The notes: generated by a model from the letters alone, not told the origin. Shown: positions 8,311 to 18,248, numbered from the stretch's first letter. The stretch is 64,000 nucleotides of DNA from an uncultured Planctomycetaceae bacterium (GCA_964449435.1 CAYUYR010000001.1:134796-198795), one strand, 5' to 3'. Numbers and translations are program-made.

Positions 8311-9101
8311 CAAAACAAAACGATAAAATTAAAAAAGACTTCAGAATAAAATTGCTTGAGCATATTAAATTGTTTAACTCTGCCGTTTCCGCTAATAATG
8401 GGGATTGGATAGTAAAGGGCTTTATAGATATAGCTAAAAATATTTACACCATATCTGTCGATACGAAAGTAATTTCTAAAATAATGGAACTGCTCCTTTT
8501 CCCTCAAATTTGTCGGATTGCAAAAAAAATGGGCTGCAAAATAGTCCTCTGCAAAGAACAAAATTCTTATCCTGATATTACTTTTATAGACAGGGAAAAT
8601 AACAAATTTGCCATTGACATAAAAAGTACCTATAGGATAAACGAAGAAAAAGTCAATGGAATGACTTTAGGGGCGTTTACGGGGTACTTTAGGTATAGAG
8701 ATAGTAAAAAAAATACCACTTTTTCTTATAATGAATATGCGGGGCATTTTGTTCTTGGTATAATATATTCGAGAAATGAGTCTGGCGATGAAAGAAAAGT
8801 TTATAAACTTAATGATCTGCAAAACATAACGTCAGTGATTAAGGATTTTACATTTTTTGTCCAGGAAAAATATCGAATAGCTGCTGACAATCCGGGAAGC
8901 GGCAACACAAAAAACATCGGGTCTTTGAAAAATATTGATAAACTGGTAAACGGGCGTGGGGTTTTTTCCGAACTCGGCGAAGATGTTTTTGATGATTATT
9001 GGATGTATTATCTGACAAAAGATATGGCGAAAGCGGCCGATTTAAAAGGGCCACCGTATAAAAACATAACCGAATACAAAAAATACAAGAAAATGAAATA
9101 G
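8307..9101 (+). CDS. Type II restriction endonuclease, EcoRV family
   Basis: Blocks match my recollection of R.EcoRV: 'VDTKVISKIMELL', 'QNSYPDITF', 'KFAIDIKSTY' (PD...D-I-K catalytic motif), 'PGSGNTKNIGS', 'YKNITEYKKY'. ATG overlaps the gltX stop (ATGA). Visibly AT-rich. Confidence 0.85.
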   Translation: MTKQNDKIKKDFRIKLLEHIKLFNSAVSANNGDWIVKGFIDIAKNIYTISVDTKVISKIMELLLFPQICRIAKKMGCKIVLCKEQNSYPDITFIDRENNKFAIDIKSTYRINEEKVNGMTLGAFTGYFRYRDSKKNTTFSYNEYAGHFVLGIIYSRNESGDERKVYKLNDLQNITSVIKDFTFFVQEKYRIAADNPGSGNTKNIGSLKNIDKLVNGRGVFSELGEDVFDDYWMYYLTKDMAKAADLKGPPYKNITEYKKYKKMK

Positions 9102-9106
9102 AAACG

Positions 9107-10186
9107 ATGAGAGCAAAGAAAAATACAATTGATAATTTGCAAATGAGTTTTATGAATGACGATGCGGTTTTTCCGTCAACACGGTATCAGGGCAGTAAGC
9201 TCAAGATAGCCGACTGGATTTGGGATGCTGTATGTGATTTGGAATTTGAGACGACTCTTGATGCTTTCGGCGGAGCAGGCAGTGTAGGCTATATGTTAAA
9301 GCAGCACGACAAACAAATAACTTACAATGATATATTAAAATTTAACTGGTATATCGGCTCTGCCCTCATTCAAAATGACGAGGTTGTTCTATCTGATGAA
9401 GATGTTGATTTTGTTTTGAATGAAAATTCAAAGGTAAAATATCCGACATTTGTTCATGATACATTTGGGGATATTTACTTTACCAAAGACGAAAATAAGT
9501 GGATTGATAGAGTAACGACAAATATATTCCTGCTTGATGATTTTTACAAACGGGCTTTGGGCTTTTTCGCTCTTTTTCAGGCTTGTATTATCAAGCGGCC
9601 TTATAATCTTTTTCACCGTAAAAACTTATATATAAGATTATCTGAGGTCGAGAGAAGTTTTGGCAACAAAACGACATGGGACACGCCTTTCCAGGAGCAT
9701 TTTAAGCAATTTGTGGGAGAGGCCAATCAGGCGGTTTTCTGCAACGGCAAGCAGAACAAGGCGTTAAATCTTGATGTTTTTGATATAAATGAACATTACG
9801 ATCTTGTCTATATTGACACCCCTTATATCTCTAAAAAAGGAGTAGGAGTGGACTATCTCGGTTTCTATCATTTTCTTGAAGGATTAGCAAACTATGATGA
9901 CTGGAAAGAGAGAATTGATTATCATAGCAAACACAAGAGGCTGAAAGGCAATAGTTCTGTTTGGACAGACAAAAATGCCATTATCTCTGGTTTTGACAAA
10001 CTCTTTGATAAATTTAATGAAAGTATTTTAGTTGTTTCGTATAGAGCCGATGGTATCCCCTCGATATCGCAGTTGGTGGATTTGCTGAAGAAATATAAGA
10101 CAGAGGTGCGAGAAATAAAACGGACTAGCTATAAATACGTACTTAGCACAAATCATTCGGAAGAAGTGTTAATTTTAGGAATTTAA
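9107..10186 (+). CDS. Dam/D12-class (alpha-group) N6-adenine DNA methyltransferase
   Basis: 'RYQGSKLKI', motif I 'DAFGGAGSVG', motif IV 'VYIDTPYI'. Starts 5 nt after the endonuclease stop. Confidence 0.85.
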   Translation: MRAKKNTIDNLQMSFMNDDAVFPSTRYQGSKLKIADWIWDAVCDLEFETTLDAFGGAGSVGYMLKQHDKQITYNDILKFNWYIGSALIQNDEVVLSDEDVDFVLNENSKVKYPTFVHDTFGDIYFTKDENKWIDRVTTNIFLLDDFYKRALGFFALFQACIIKRPYNLFHRKNLYIRLSEVERSFGNKTTWDTPFQEHFKQFVGEANQAVFCNGKQNKALNLDVFDINEHYDLVYIDTPYISKKGVGVDYLGFYHFLEGLANYDDWKERIDYHSKHKRLKGNSSVWTDKNAIISGFDKLFDKFNESILVVSYRADGIPSISQLVDLLKKYKTEVREIKRTSYKYVLSTNHSEEVLILGI

Positions 10187-10188
10187 AA

Positions 10189-11094
10189 ATGAGTGTTCTT
10201 GTAACAGGTTCGATTGGGATTGATACTGTAACTACGCCTTTGGGCAAGAGCGAAAGCTGCCTCGGCGGCTCGGCTGTATATTTTTCGATGGCGGCAAGTT
10301 TTTTTTCGCCGGTGCGGTTTGTCGGAGTCGTCGGAAACGATTGTCCGTTCGATTTAGCAAAGGTCTTTTCCGGCAGGGACGTTGACCTGTCCGGCCTTGA
10401 AGTCCGCGACGGAAGCAAAACTTTCAGATGGAAAGGCTCCTATCAGGGAGATATGAGTCAGGCCGTAACCGATGCGATGGAGCTGAATGTTCTGTCCGAA
10501 CGTCCGCCGCTCGTGCCCGAGCATTTCAGGGACAGCGAATACGTATTTCTCGCCAATACTCATCCGGCCTTGCAAATTCAGCTTCTCGAACAGCTTAAGC
10601 AGCCGAAATTCGTCGTCGCAGATACGATGAACTGCTGGATTGACAACCAAGCGGACGAGCTGAAAAAACTGCTTCAGAGGATAAACGCTTTGATATTGAA
10701 CGACGGCGAAGCGAAAATGCTCACAAAGTGCGACAATCTCCCGGCCGCGGCGCAGGAACTGATAAAAATGGGGCCCAAAGTCGTGCTCATAAAGAAAGGC
10801 TCTCACGGCTCGATTTCGCTCGACAGCGAAGGCCACTGGATTGTTATCGGCGGATATCCGACAGTCAGTCTCAAAGACCCGACCGGCGCAGGCGATGCTT
10901 TTGCAGGCGCACTGATGGGTTATCTGGCCTCGGCCGACAGAGTAGATGTCAAAAATCTCAAGGCCGCCATCGCTTACGGCACGGTTACCGCTTCGCTCGT
11001 AATTGAAGGATTTTCTTTGTCCTCAATCGCGTCAGTCAGCAGGGCCGTAATTGACAAAAGATTTAACGAACTGAAGGAAATAACCGGATTTTAA
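10189..11094 (+). CDS. PfkB-family carbohydrate kinase
   Basis: 'DPTGAGDAFAGALMGYL' PfkB signature. 301 aa. Confidence 0.8.
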   Translation: MSVLVTGSIGIDTVTTPLGKSESCLGGSAVYFSMAASFFSPVRFVGVVGNDCPFDLAKVFSGRDVDLSGLEVRDGSKTFRWKGSYQGDMSQAVTDAMELNVLSERPPLVPEHFRDSEYVFLANTHPALQIQLLEQLKQPKFVVADTMNCWIDNQADELKKLLQRINALILNDGEAKMLTKCDNLPAAAQELIKMGPKVVLIKKGSHGSISLDSEGHWIVIGGYPTVSLKDPTGAGDAFAGALMGYLASADRVDVKNLKAAIAYGTVTASLVIEGFSLSSIASVSRAVIDKRFNELKEITGF

Positions 11095-11107
11095 AAAATC
11101 GTCGAGA

Positions 11108-11176
11108 GGTTGCGGTGGCGAAGCTCGTCACGGTTACGTTAGACGTCATACGCAAGACGAAACGAGCGTCGCAACC
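11108..11176. repeat. REP-like palindromic intergenic element, copy A (GGTTGCG...CGCAACC family)
   Basis: GGTTGCGGTGGCGAAGCTCGT ... ACGAGCGTCGCAACC. Aligns block by block with the reverse complement of 60655..60760. Confidence 0.6.
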
Positions 11177-11196
11177 AATGAACGAAATACGAATTT

Positions 11197-11775
11197 ATGC
11201 GTTGCTTTGTAGCGATTGATATTGATGACGGGCTTCGCGGCCGAATCGACAAACTTCAGAGAGAGTTTAAAAAACGTCTCAAAAATCCTGCCGGAATAAA
11301 ATGGGTCGAACCGAAACTTATTCATCTTACTATCAAATTCCTCGGCGAAATCGAGGACACCAGAGCAGACCAAATTGCTCAAACGCTCGAATCAGTTTGC
11401 GGCGGACATAAAGGCTTTGATATCGAATTTTCTACGGTCGGAAGTTTTGGCAGGCCGCCTAAGGTGATTTGGCTCGGCACCAAAAAGGTAACCGCCCAGC
11501 TTGAAAAACTCGCCCAGGACATCGAGCAGGCCTTTGAAAATCTCGGCTTCGAAAAGGAGCAGCGACCTTTCAGTCCGCATCTTACTATTGCCCGCGTAAA
11601 AGAAAGACGTCCCGACACTCAGCTCATTGAAGTTATCGGCGGGTTCGGAAAAATCGACGCTCAATCGGTAAAGGCCGATTCAGTATGCTTTTATAAAAGT
11701 CAGTTGACATCAGCCGGTCCTGTATATACGCTGTTGAAGAAAATTAACCTCAAGATTAGAGAGGAAGGAAAGTAA
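11197..11775 (+). CDS. thpR: RNA 2',3'-cyclic phosphodiesterase (2H family, LigT/ThpR)
   Basis: Two HxT motifs, 'HLTIKF' and 'HLTIAR'. N-terminus 'MRCFVAIDI'. Confidence 0.85.
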   Translation: MRCFVAIDIDDGLRGRIDKLQREFKKRLKNPAGIKWVEPKLIHLTIKFLGEIEDTRADQIAQTLESVCGGHKGFDIEFSTVGSFGRPPKVIWLGTKKVTAQLEKLAQDIEQAFENLGFEKEQRPFSPHLTIARVKERRPDTQLIEVIGGFGKIDAQSVKADSVCFYKSQLTSAGPVYTLLKKINLKIREEGK

Positions 11776-12821
11776 TGGCAAAAACAAGCAAGGCAAAGAA
11801 GGCGGTCACAGACGAAAAATCGTCAAAACCGGTAACGAAAAACGTAGCTCTCGAAAGGGCCATCGCCCAGATAGAAAAGCAGTACGGCAACGGCTCGATT
11901 ATGCAGATGGACGAGAGCAAATACGCCAAAATCGAGGGCATCCAGACAGGCTCCATTTCGCTTGATATCGCGCTGGGCGGCTGCGGAATACCCCGCGGCA
12001 GGGTAGTCGAGCTTTTCGGCCCTGAATCCAGCGGCAAAACGACTCTTGCGCTTCACGTCATCGCCAACGCACAAAAGGCCGGCGGCGTCGCTGCGTTTAT
12101 CGATGCCGAACACGCCCTTGATACGACCTGGGCCAAACGGCTCGGCGTGGACGTCAGCGGTCTTCTGGTCAGCCAGCCGGATACCGGCGAACAGGCCCTC
12201 GACATCGCAGAGATGCTGATAAAGTCTAACGCCGTCGATGTCATCGTTATAGATTCAGTCGCGGCACTTATTCCAGCCGCAGAACTCGCCGGCGAAATGG
12301 GCCAATCGCATATGGGACTTCAGGCAAGACTTATGAGCCAGGCGATGAGAAAACTCACAGGAGTTATAAACAAAAGTAAAACCAGCCTGATTTTCATCAA
12401 CCAAATCAGAATGAAAATCGGCGTTATGTTCGGCAATCCCGAAACCACAACCGGCGGAAACGCCCTGAAATTTTACAGCTCCGTAAGACTTGACGTCAGA
12501 AGGATTTCCACTATCAAAGACGCCGCAGGCGCCGTCGGCAGCAGGGTCAGGGCAAGAGTGGTAAAGAACAAAATCGCCCCGCCTTTCAGGGACGCTGAAT
12601 TTGACATAATGTTCGACAGCGGCATAAGTTATGAAGGCGACCTGCTCGATTTGGGCACAAACTGCGGCGTTGTCGCAAAAAGCGGCGCCTGGATTACTTA
12701 TGGCGATATAAAGCTTGGCCAGGGCAGGGAAAACGCCAGAAAATATCTTATCGAAAACGGCGAACTGAAAAAGGAAATCGCCGAAAAAATCCTCGTCGCT
12801 ATCGGCGTAAAAGAAAAATAA
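11775..12821 (+). CDS. recA: Recombinase RecA
   Basis: Walker A '[12 protein letters not shown]' and '[37 protein letters not shown]'. ATG overlaps the thpR stop (TAATG). Confidence 0.97.
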   Translation: MAKTSKAKKAVTDEKSSKPVTKNVALERAIAQIEKQYGNGSIMQMDESKYAKIEGIQTGSISLDIALGGCGIPRGRVVELFGPESSGKTTLALHVIANAQKAGGVAAFIDAEHALDTTWAKRLGVDVSGLLVSQPDTGEQALDIAEMLIKSNAVDVIVIDSVAALIPAAELAGEMGQSHMGLQARLMSQAMRKLTGVINKSKTSLIFINQIRMKIGVMFGNPETTTGGNALKFYSSVRLDVRRISTIKDAAGAVGSRVRARVVKNKIAPPFRDAEFDIMFDSGISYEGDLLDLGTNCGVVAKSGAWITYGDIKLGQGRENARKYLIENGELKKEIAEKILVAIGVKEK

Positions 12822-12844
12822 CTTTAATTGACGGTGGTTATCGA

Positions 12845-15535
12845 GTGTTAACAGCTTCACAAATTCGAAGTTCATTCATAGATTTTTTCGTTAAGAAGGA
12901 ACACACCTTTGTTCCGAGCTGGCCGGTTGTGCCGCTCGGCGACGAAAGCCTGCTGTTCACAAACGCCGGTATGAATCAGTTTAAGGATGTTTTTCTCGAC
13001 ACCGGCGCCAGGGATTACAAACGCGCCGCCAACAGTCAAAAGTGCATCCGCGCCGGCGGAAAGCACAACGACCTCGAAGATGTCGGAACCGATACTTATC
13101 ATCACACATTTTTCGAAATGCTCGGCAACTGGTCTTTCGGCGATTATTTCAAGGCCGAAGCAATAGAATGGGCATGGCAGCTTCTGACCGATGTATGGCA
13201 AATCGACCCGACGCGTCTTCACGTCACTTATTTCCAGGGCGATGAAAACGACGGCCTTTCAGCAGATAACGAAGCGCAAGATTTATGGCGCAAATTCCTG
13301 CCCGACGAGAGAATTCACAAGGGCAATAAAAAAGACAACTTCTGGGAAATGGGCGAAACAGGCCCCTGCGGCCCGTGCAGCGAAATCCATTACGACGGCA
13401 CGCCAGACAAATCCGGCTCGCAATTCATAAATAAGGACAATCCTAATGTAATTGAAATCTGGAATCTTGTTTTTATCCAGTACGACCGCGACGCCGACGG
13501 CAAATTATCGCCTCTGCCCGCAAAGCACGTCGATACAGGTATGGGTCTTGAAAGAATTACGCGAGTCCTGCAGGATAAACAATCAAATTACGATACGGAT
13601 TTGTTTATGCCGCTGCTCAACGCCATCGGCATACTTTGCAATCAGCAGTATTCAGGCTCAATGGACAAAAAAACCGACATCGCTTTTCGCGTCATCGCCG
13701 ACCATTTGCGAACGCTCGTATTCGCAATCACCGACGGCTGTATGCCGTCCAACGACGGCAGGGGATACGTCCTTCGCAGAATCTTACGAAGGGCAGCGCG
13801 TTTCGGCAGAACGCTCGATATGCACGAACCGTTTATTTACAGATTAGTCGATGTTGTTATCAACTCGATGAGCAAGGCTTTCGAAGAACTCAATCAAAGA
13901 GCCGAGCTTGTCAAAACCGTTATCAAATCCGAAGAGGAGAGTTTCGGCAAAACTCTCGACCGCGGCCTTGAGATTTTCGCCTCCGCCGCCGAAAAGGCCA
14001 AAGCCGCCGGCGTTATCAGCGGCGACGACGCCTTCCAGCTTTACGATACCTTCGGCTTTCCGCTCGATTTAACCCAGCTTATGGCAAGAGAGCAGAACTT
14101 GAAAGTCGATACGGTTGGCTTTGAAAAACTGATGGATGAGCAAAGACAGCGAGCAAGAGCCGCCCAGAAAACCGGCGCAGCCGTTTCGATTTCTGCCGAT
14201 ATCAAACTGCCCGCCACAAATGATTCTGCAAAATACGACAGGGATAATATACGCACGAAAATAACAGGCTTTATCGACCAGTCAGGCTTTTGCGATAACG
14301 GCCCTCTTGCGGCAGGCGATGATATCGCTGTTATACTCGAGAAGACCTGTTTTTACGCCGAGTCAGGCGGACAGGTCGGCGACAAGGGAATCATAAAATC
14401 TTCGTCCGGCGAATTTACCGTCGAAAATACCGAAAAAATCGCCGACTGCATCGTCCACAAAGGCAAACTCACAAAAGGCTCTATGAAAATCGGCGACGAC
14501 GTCGATGCGCTCGTCGATTCAGCCCGCCGACAGAGCAGAAAAAATCATACCGCAACGCATATTTTGCAGTGGGCTCTTCAGCAGACCCTCGGAAGACATA
14601 TCGCTCAGCAGGGCAGTCTTGTTTGTCCCCAGTATTTAAGATTCGATTTCACCTCGCCGAAGGCACTGTCGCCGGACGAAATTAAACAGGTCGAAAATCT
14701 CGTTAACGAAAAAATTCGTCAGAACCTGCCCGTAACTTCCGCTTGTTTGCCGCTCGACGAAGCCAAAAAACTCGGCGCAATGGCGCTGTTCAACGAAAAG
14801 TACGGCGACACCGTCAGGGTTATCGCCGTCGGCGCTCCGGACGAAAAAAATCTTTCTCAGGCCTTCAGCCGCGAATTTTGCGGCGGAACCCACATCGACA
14901 ACACCGGAAAAATCGCAGGCCTCAAAATAATAAAGGAAGAAAGCATCGCCGCGGGCGTTAGAAGGATTACCGCACTTACCGGCGAGGCTCTTCTCGATTA
15001 TCTCGCCGCCCAGAGCGATATTAACGCCCAGCTTTGTCAAATCCTCAAGGCAAAAGCGGAGGAACTGCCTGCTCGTTTGAATAAATTGCTCGACGAAAAT
15101 AAAAAACTCGCCAAACAGCTCAAGTCCGCCCCCGCGCAGACCGGCGGAACTAATTTTCTCGACAAGGCAAGGCAATTGCTCTCGCAAGCCGAGACAATCG
15201 GCGTTAGTGTTTTGGTAATAAGCAAAATCGACCCCGTGCCTGTCGAGCGAATTCGCACCGCCATTGATATGATAAAGAAAAAATCCGCTTCTTCCGTAGT
15301 AGTTTTCGGTATGGCCGAGGCTTCTGACAAAGCGACGCTGATTGCCGGCGTCAGCGACGACCTCGTGGAAAAAGGTTTAAAGGCCGGCGATTTGATTAAG
15401 GAAATCGCTCCTATCATCGGCGGCGCAGGAGGCGGAAGACCCCAAATGGCTCAGGCAGGCGGTAAAGACCCCTCGAAAATCGACGACGCCCTCGCAAGAG
15501 CATCCGAAATCATCAAGGCAAAACTGCGAAAGTAA
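12845..15535 (+). CDS. alaS: Alanine--tRNA ligase
   Basis: 'FTNAGMNQFK', 'HHTFFEMLGNWSFGDYFK', editing-domain 'HTATHIL', C-terminal 'GGAGGGRPQMAQAGG'. GTG start. Confidence 0.97.
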   Translation: MLTASQIRSSFIDFFVKKEHTFVPSWPVVPLGDESLLFTNAGMNQFKDVFLDTGARDYKRAANSQKCIRAGGKHNDLEDVGTDTYHHTFFEMLGNWSFGDYFKAEAIEWAWQLLTDVWQIDPTRLHVTYFQGDENDGLSADNEAQDLWRKFLPDERIHKGNKKDNFWEMGETGPCGPCSEIHYDGTPDKSGSQFINKDNPNVIEIWNLVFIQYDRDADGKLSPLPAKHVDTGMGLERITRVLQDKQSNYDTDLFMPLLNAIGILCNQQYSGSMDKKTDIAFRVIADHLRTLVFAITDGCMPSNDGRGYVLRRILRRAARFGRTLDMHEPFIYRLVDVVINSMSKAFEELNQRAELVKTVIKSEEESFGKTLDRGLEIFASAAEKAKAAGVISGDDAFQLYDTFGFPLDLTQLMAREQNLKVDTVGFEKLMDEQRQRARAAQKTGAAVSISADIKLPATNDSAKYDRDNIRTKITGFIDQSGFCDNGPLAAGDDIAVILEKTCFYAESGGQVGDKGIIKSSSGEFTVENTEKIADCIVHKGKLTKGSMKIGDDVDALVDSARRQSRKNHTATHILQWALQQTLGRHIAQQGSLVCPQYLRFDFTSPKALSPDEIKQVENLVNEKIRQNLPVTSACLPLDEAKKLGAMALFNEKYGDTVRVIAVGAPDEKNLSQAFSREFCGGTHIDNTGKIAGLKIIKEESIAAGVRRITALTGEALLDYLAAQSDINAQLCQILKAKAEELPARLNKLLDENKKLAKQLKSAPAQTGGTNFLDKARQLLSQAETIGVSVLVISKIDPVPVERIRTAIDMIKKKSASSVVVFGMAEASDKATLIAGVSDDLVEKGLKAGDLIKEIAPIIGGAGGGRPQMAQAGGKDPSKIDDALARASEIIKAKLRK

Positions 15536-15583
15536 CACTGGACACACTGTCATTCTGAACGAAGTGAAGAATCTCGTGGTTCG

Positions 15584-16888
15584 TTATTTTCCAATCCTTA
15601 TTTTTACGCTTTTTGCGTGCGCATCCAAACCTTCCGCTTCGGCAAGACGAATTATATCGCCGGCGCTTTTGGAAAGTCTCTTTTTATCGTATTCGATTAT
15701 GCTCATTGATTTGATAAAATCGTTGCTTGTCAGTGCGCTTGAAAATCTTGCGCTCCCGCCTGTCGGCAATGTATGGCTCGGCCCTGCGAAATAATCGCCC
15801 GTTGCCACAGGTGAGTAATCGCCGATGAATATCGCCCCTGCGTTTTCGATTTTTTGTGCGATTTGCCTGCTCTTTTTGCCGCACTGAATCTGCAAGTGTT
15901 CGGTGGCGAATTTATTCGCCCATTCGATACACTGCTGAATATTTTTAAATATTACAATTCCGCTGTACTGCTTAAGGCACTGTATAGTCTCTTTGCTGCG
16001 GCCAAGATTAGCGGCTTGTTTTTCAAGTTCGCTTATAACCTTCTGTGCCAGTCTTTTAGAAAGCGTAAAAAGCAGTGCGCTTCCGGGACTATGCTCGGCC
16101 TGACTGAGCATATCCGCCGCGACCCACGCAGGATTTGCAGAATCGTCGGCAATGAGCAAAACCTCGCTCGGCCCCGCCAGCGAATCGATTTTTACCTGTC
16201 CGAAAACAAGTCTTTTGGCCGTTTGTACCCATTGATTTCCCGGCCCGACTATCATATCGACGGGTTGGATTGTTTTTGTACCGTTAGCAATGGCCGCAAC
16301 CGCCTGAACTCCGCCGATTCGATAAACTTCTTTAATTTTCAGTTCATAACAAGTCGCCAGAATTACCGGATGAATACTGCCTTTATATCGCGGTGGCGAC
16401 ACAACCGCTATTTCTTTTACTCCCGCGACCTGTGCCGGCACTGCCGTCATTATCACGGTCGATGGCAAAGGAGCCGACGCCCCCGGCACACAAATACCGA
16501 CCCTTTTTATGGCCGTGTATTTTATGCCGGTTTTTTCCCCCGTCCCGATGAAAATCTTCTTTTGATAGTTTTTTACATTCGCAATCGCTTTTCTGATTGA
16601 CGAAAGTAGTTTTTTGTCGGTTTTCTGATGAGCTTTTTTCAGCTCCGCCGGATTTATTCGGAATTGCGATGGCGAAAATTCCACATTGTCGAATTTCGTT
16701 GTATATTCCGCAACTGCTTTATCGCCGCCGCTGCGTACTTTTTCGATAATCTCAGCGGCTTTTTTGCCTTCCAAACTGCGGGGACTGAACATTGCTTTTC
16801 CGCTTACTTTTTTGCGCAAATCTGATAGTTTTTGCTCAAAATTTTTCGATGTGTATGACAATAATATTTTTTGCAAATCCTTTTCCAT
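15584..16888 (-). CDS. hisD: Histidinol dehydrogenase
   Basis: 'SQAEHSPGSALL' and 'GPSHTLPTGGSARF'. 434 aa. Confidence 0.95.
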   Translation of the reverse strand: MEKDLQKILLSYTSKNFEQKLSDLRKKVSGKAMFSPRSLEGKKAAEIIEKVRSGGDKAVAEYTTKFDNVEFSPSQFRINPAELKKAHQKTDKKLLSSIRKAIANVKNYQKKIFIGTGEKTGIKYTAIKRVGICVPGASAPLPSTVIMTAVPAQVAGVKEIAVVSPPRYKGSIHPVILATCYELKIKEVYRIGGVQAVAAIANGTKTIQPVDMIVGPGNQWVQTAKRLVFGQVKIDSLAGPSEVLLIADDSANPAWVAADMLSQAEHSPGSALLFTLSKRLAQKVISELEKQAANLGRSKETIQCLKQYSGIVIFKNIQQCIEWANKFATEHLQIQCGKKSRQIAQKIENAGAIFIGDYSPVATGDYFAGPSHTLPTGGSARFSSALTSNDFIKSMSIIEYDKKRLSKSAGDIIRLAEAEGLDAHAKSVKIRIGK

Positions 16889-16917
16889 TTTCTCTTCAGT
16901 GTAATCCGTGGTTAAAT

Positions 16918-17691
16918 TTATTTTGCAAAATTACCATGACTGAAAACTCTTGTCGCCCGCTGCAAAAGCAGGTATCGTTTACCTTCGTATCTTGTAACAA
17001 TCGCGGAAATATTGAATCGCATCTGCATCGCAATCTGTTTTTGCAGGCTTGTCATACTTTCCAGTTCCGCGCATTCGAGCAGCGGAAGCTGCAGCAGGTC
17101 TATGTTTCTCCCCATCCCGTCGAAAGCGAAGTAAACGCCTTCTTCTGTCTGCCGCAAAAACCCCGTCCTGTCGAAAAGTATCCCGTCAGCCTCTGTGCCG
17201 ATTGGTTTTCTAAGTTCCGCAAGACTGATAACCCTCTTGGGCCTCAAAAGCAAAAGCACCTCGTCCGGTATGATTTTCACTTCGTTTGCGTCATTGGCAT
17301 CGGCGCTCGGCTTGGCCTCTTCGGCCTCGGCCACAGGCAGAAAGTATGACAGATAAATGAAATTTCTATTTCGGTATTTTGTTAGTTTGCCCCAGATGCG
17401 GTACGAATTTTTCTCTTCTGAGAATGTGCTTGCGAATTTTTCGAGCATACTCGAAGGCAGAATTGCGGTAGAAATTTTCGGGTCGAGCACGCCTTTGCCG
17501 TCCGTTATCGGCTCGAATACCGTAAAGAACCATTTGCCGTTTTCCGTCGTTATTTTCCCGTCGATTCCGTCGAGTACGAATCCGTCCCGAACAGGCAGCG
17601 GATTTTGCGCAAAACAAATTCCGGAAATCAAAAAAATCAGAGCCGCGAACGTGAGTGAGCGGTAAATAATCGGCTTTATCATTTCCAGCAT
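16918..17691 (-). CDS. Hypothetical secreted protein with an internal two-fold repeat
   Basis: Start trimmed to 'MLEMIKPIIYRSLTFAALIFLISGICFAQ' (signal peptide). The longer ORF to 17856 is an Arg-rich read-through overlapping the upstream gene. Confidence 0.5.
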   Translation of the reverse strand: MLEMIKPIIYRSLTFAALIFLISGICFAQNPLPVRDGFVLDGIDGKITTENGKWFFTVFEPITDGKGVLDPKISTAILPSSMLEKFASTFSEEKNSYRIWGKLTKYRNRNFIYLSYFLPVAEAEEAKPSADANDANEVKIIPDEVLLLLRPKRVISLAELRKPIGTEADGILFDRTGFLRQTEEGVYFAFDGMGRNIDLLQLPLLECAELESMTSLQKQIAMQMRFNISAIVTRYEGKRYLLLQRATRVFSHGNFAK

Positions 17692-18242
17692 TCCTTTAAC
17701 ATCTTTACTGCTTCTTCGGCGCCGCCTGCGAACCTGACGCAATCTCTGCTTGCCGCGTCGTCTTTTGCCATCAGTTCCACCAATGGCCTCCAGAAATCGC
17801 CCATAAGTATAATCGGTTTTGCCGGATTTATAAAGCCTTTGTTTGTCAGTTCCCAAATCTCCGCCAGTTCGAGCAGCGTCCCCGTCCCGCCCGGCAAAAC
17901 GACATAAGCATCGCCTGTTTCTACCAATTTCGCTACCCTTTGGGCGAGGTTTTCGGTTTTTATCTCCTGCGTTATGAATTCGTTTGCCCCTTTTCTGCCG
18001 AACGCCGTGCAGGTAATGCCTATTGTCTTTCCTTCTGCTTGTTTTGCCCCTTTTGCCGCCGCAAGCATTGTCCCGCCATATCCGCCGTTAGCGATTGCCA
18101 GCCCCGCCTCCGCGCACAATTTGCCCAGTTCATTCGCAAGCTTAAAAATGCTGTCTCCGTCTTTAACCCTGCTTGTCCCGAATATTGTTACGACTTTTCC
18201 GCCCATTATTTTTATTCTGCAAAGTTTAGGGTTGTTTTTCAC
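17679..18242 (-). CDS. LOG-family (TIGR00730) nucleotide phosphoribohydrolase-like protein
   Basis: 'GGYGGTMLAAAKGA' and 'PGGTGTLLELAEIWE'. GTG start, preceded by AAGGAAG. Confidence 0.8.
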   Translation of the reverse strand: MKNNPKLCRIKIMGGKVVTIFGTSRVKDGDSIFKLANELGKLCAEAGLAIANGGYGGTMLAAAKGAKQAEGKTIGITCTAFGRKGANEFITQEIKTENLAQRVAKLVETGDAYVVLPGGTGTLLELAEIWELTNKGFINPAKPIILMGDFWRPLVELMAKDDAASRDCVRFAGGAEEAVKMLKECWK

Positions 18243-18248
18243 ATATTG

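Noticed and set aside
11756-15417. Numerous 60-200-aa ORFs overlapping recA and alaS. Similar overlapping ORFs occur in gltX, hisD, the GH genes and others.
   Set aside because: They are shadow ORFs on the opposite strand or in alternative frames of strongly supported genes, with no independent motif support.
15541-15583. 'GTCATTCTGAACGAAGTGAAGAATCTC' between alaS and hisD resembles one arm of a palindromic repeat that I have seen widely in metagenomic assemblies.
   Set aside because: Only a single arm is present and no second copy occurs in the window. This is insufficient to call an element.
17692-17856. Arg-rich N-terminal extension (MGTDKQ...RRRRRRSSKDVKG) of the 16918..17856 ORF.
   Set aside because: It lies entirely inside the LOG-family gene in another frame. 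A proper signal peptide starts at the internal ATG (17691), which overlaps the upstream stop in the usual coupled fashion.
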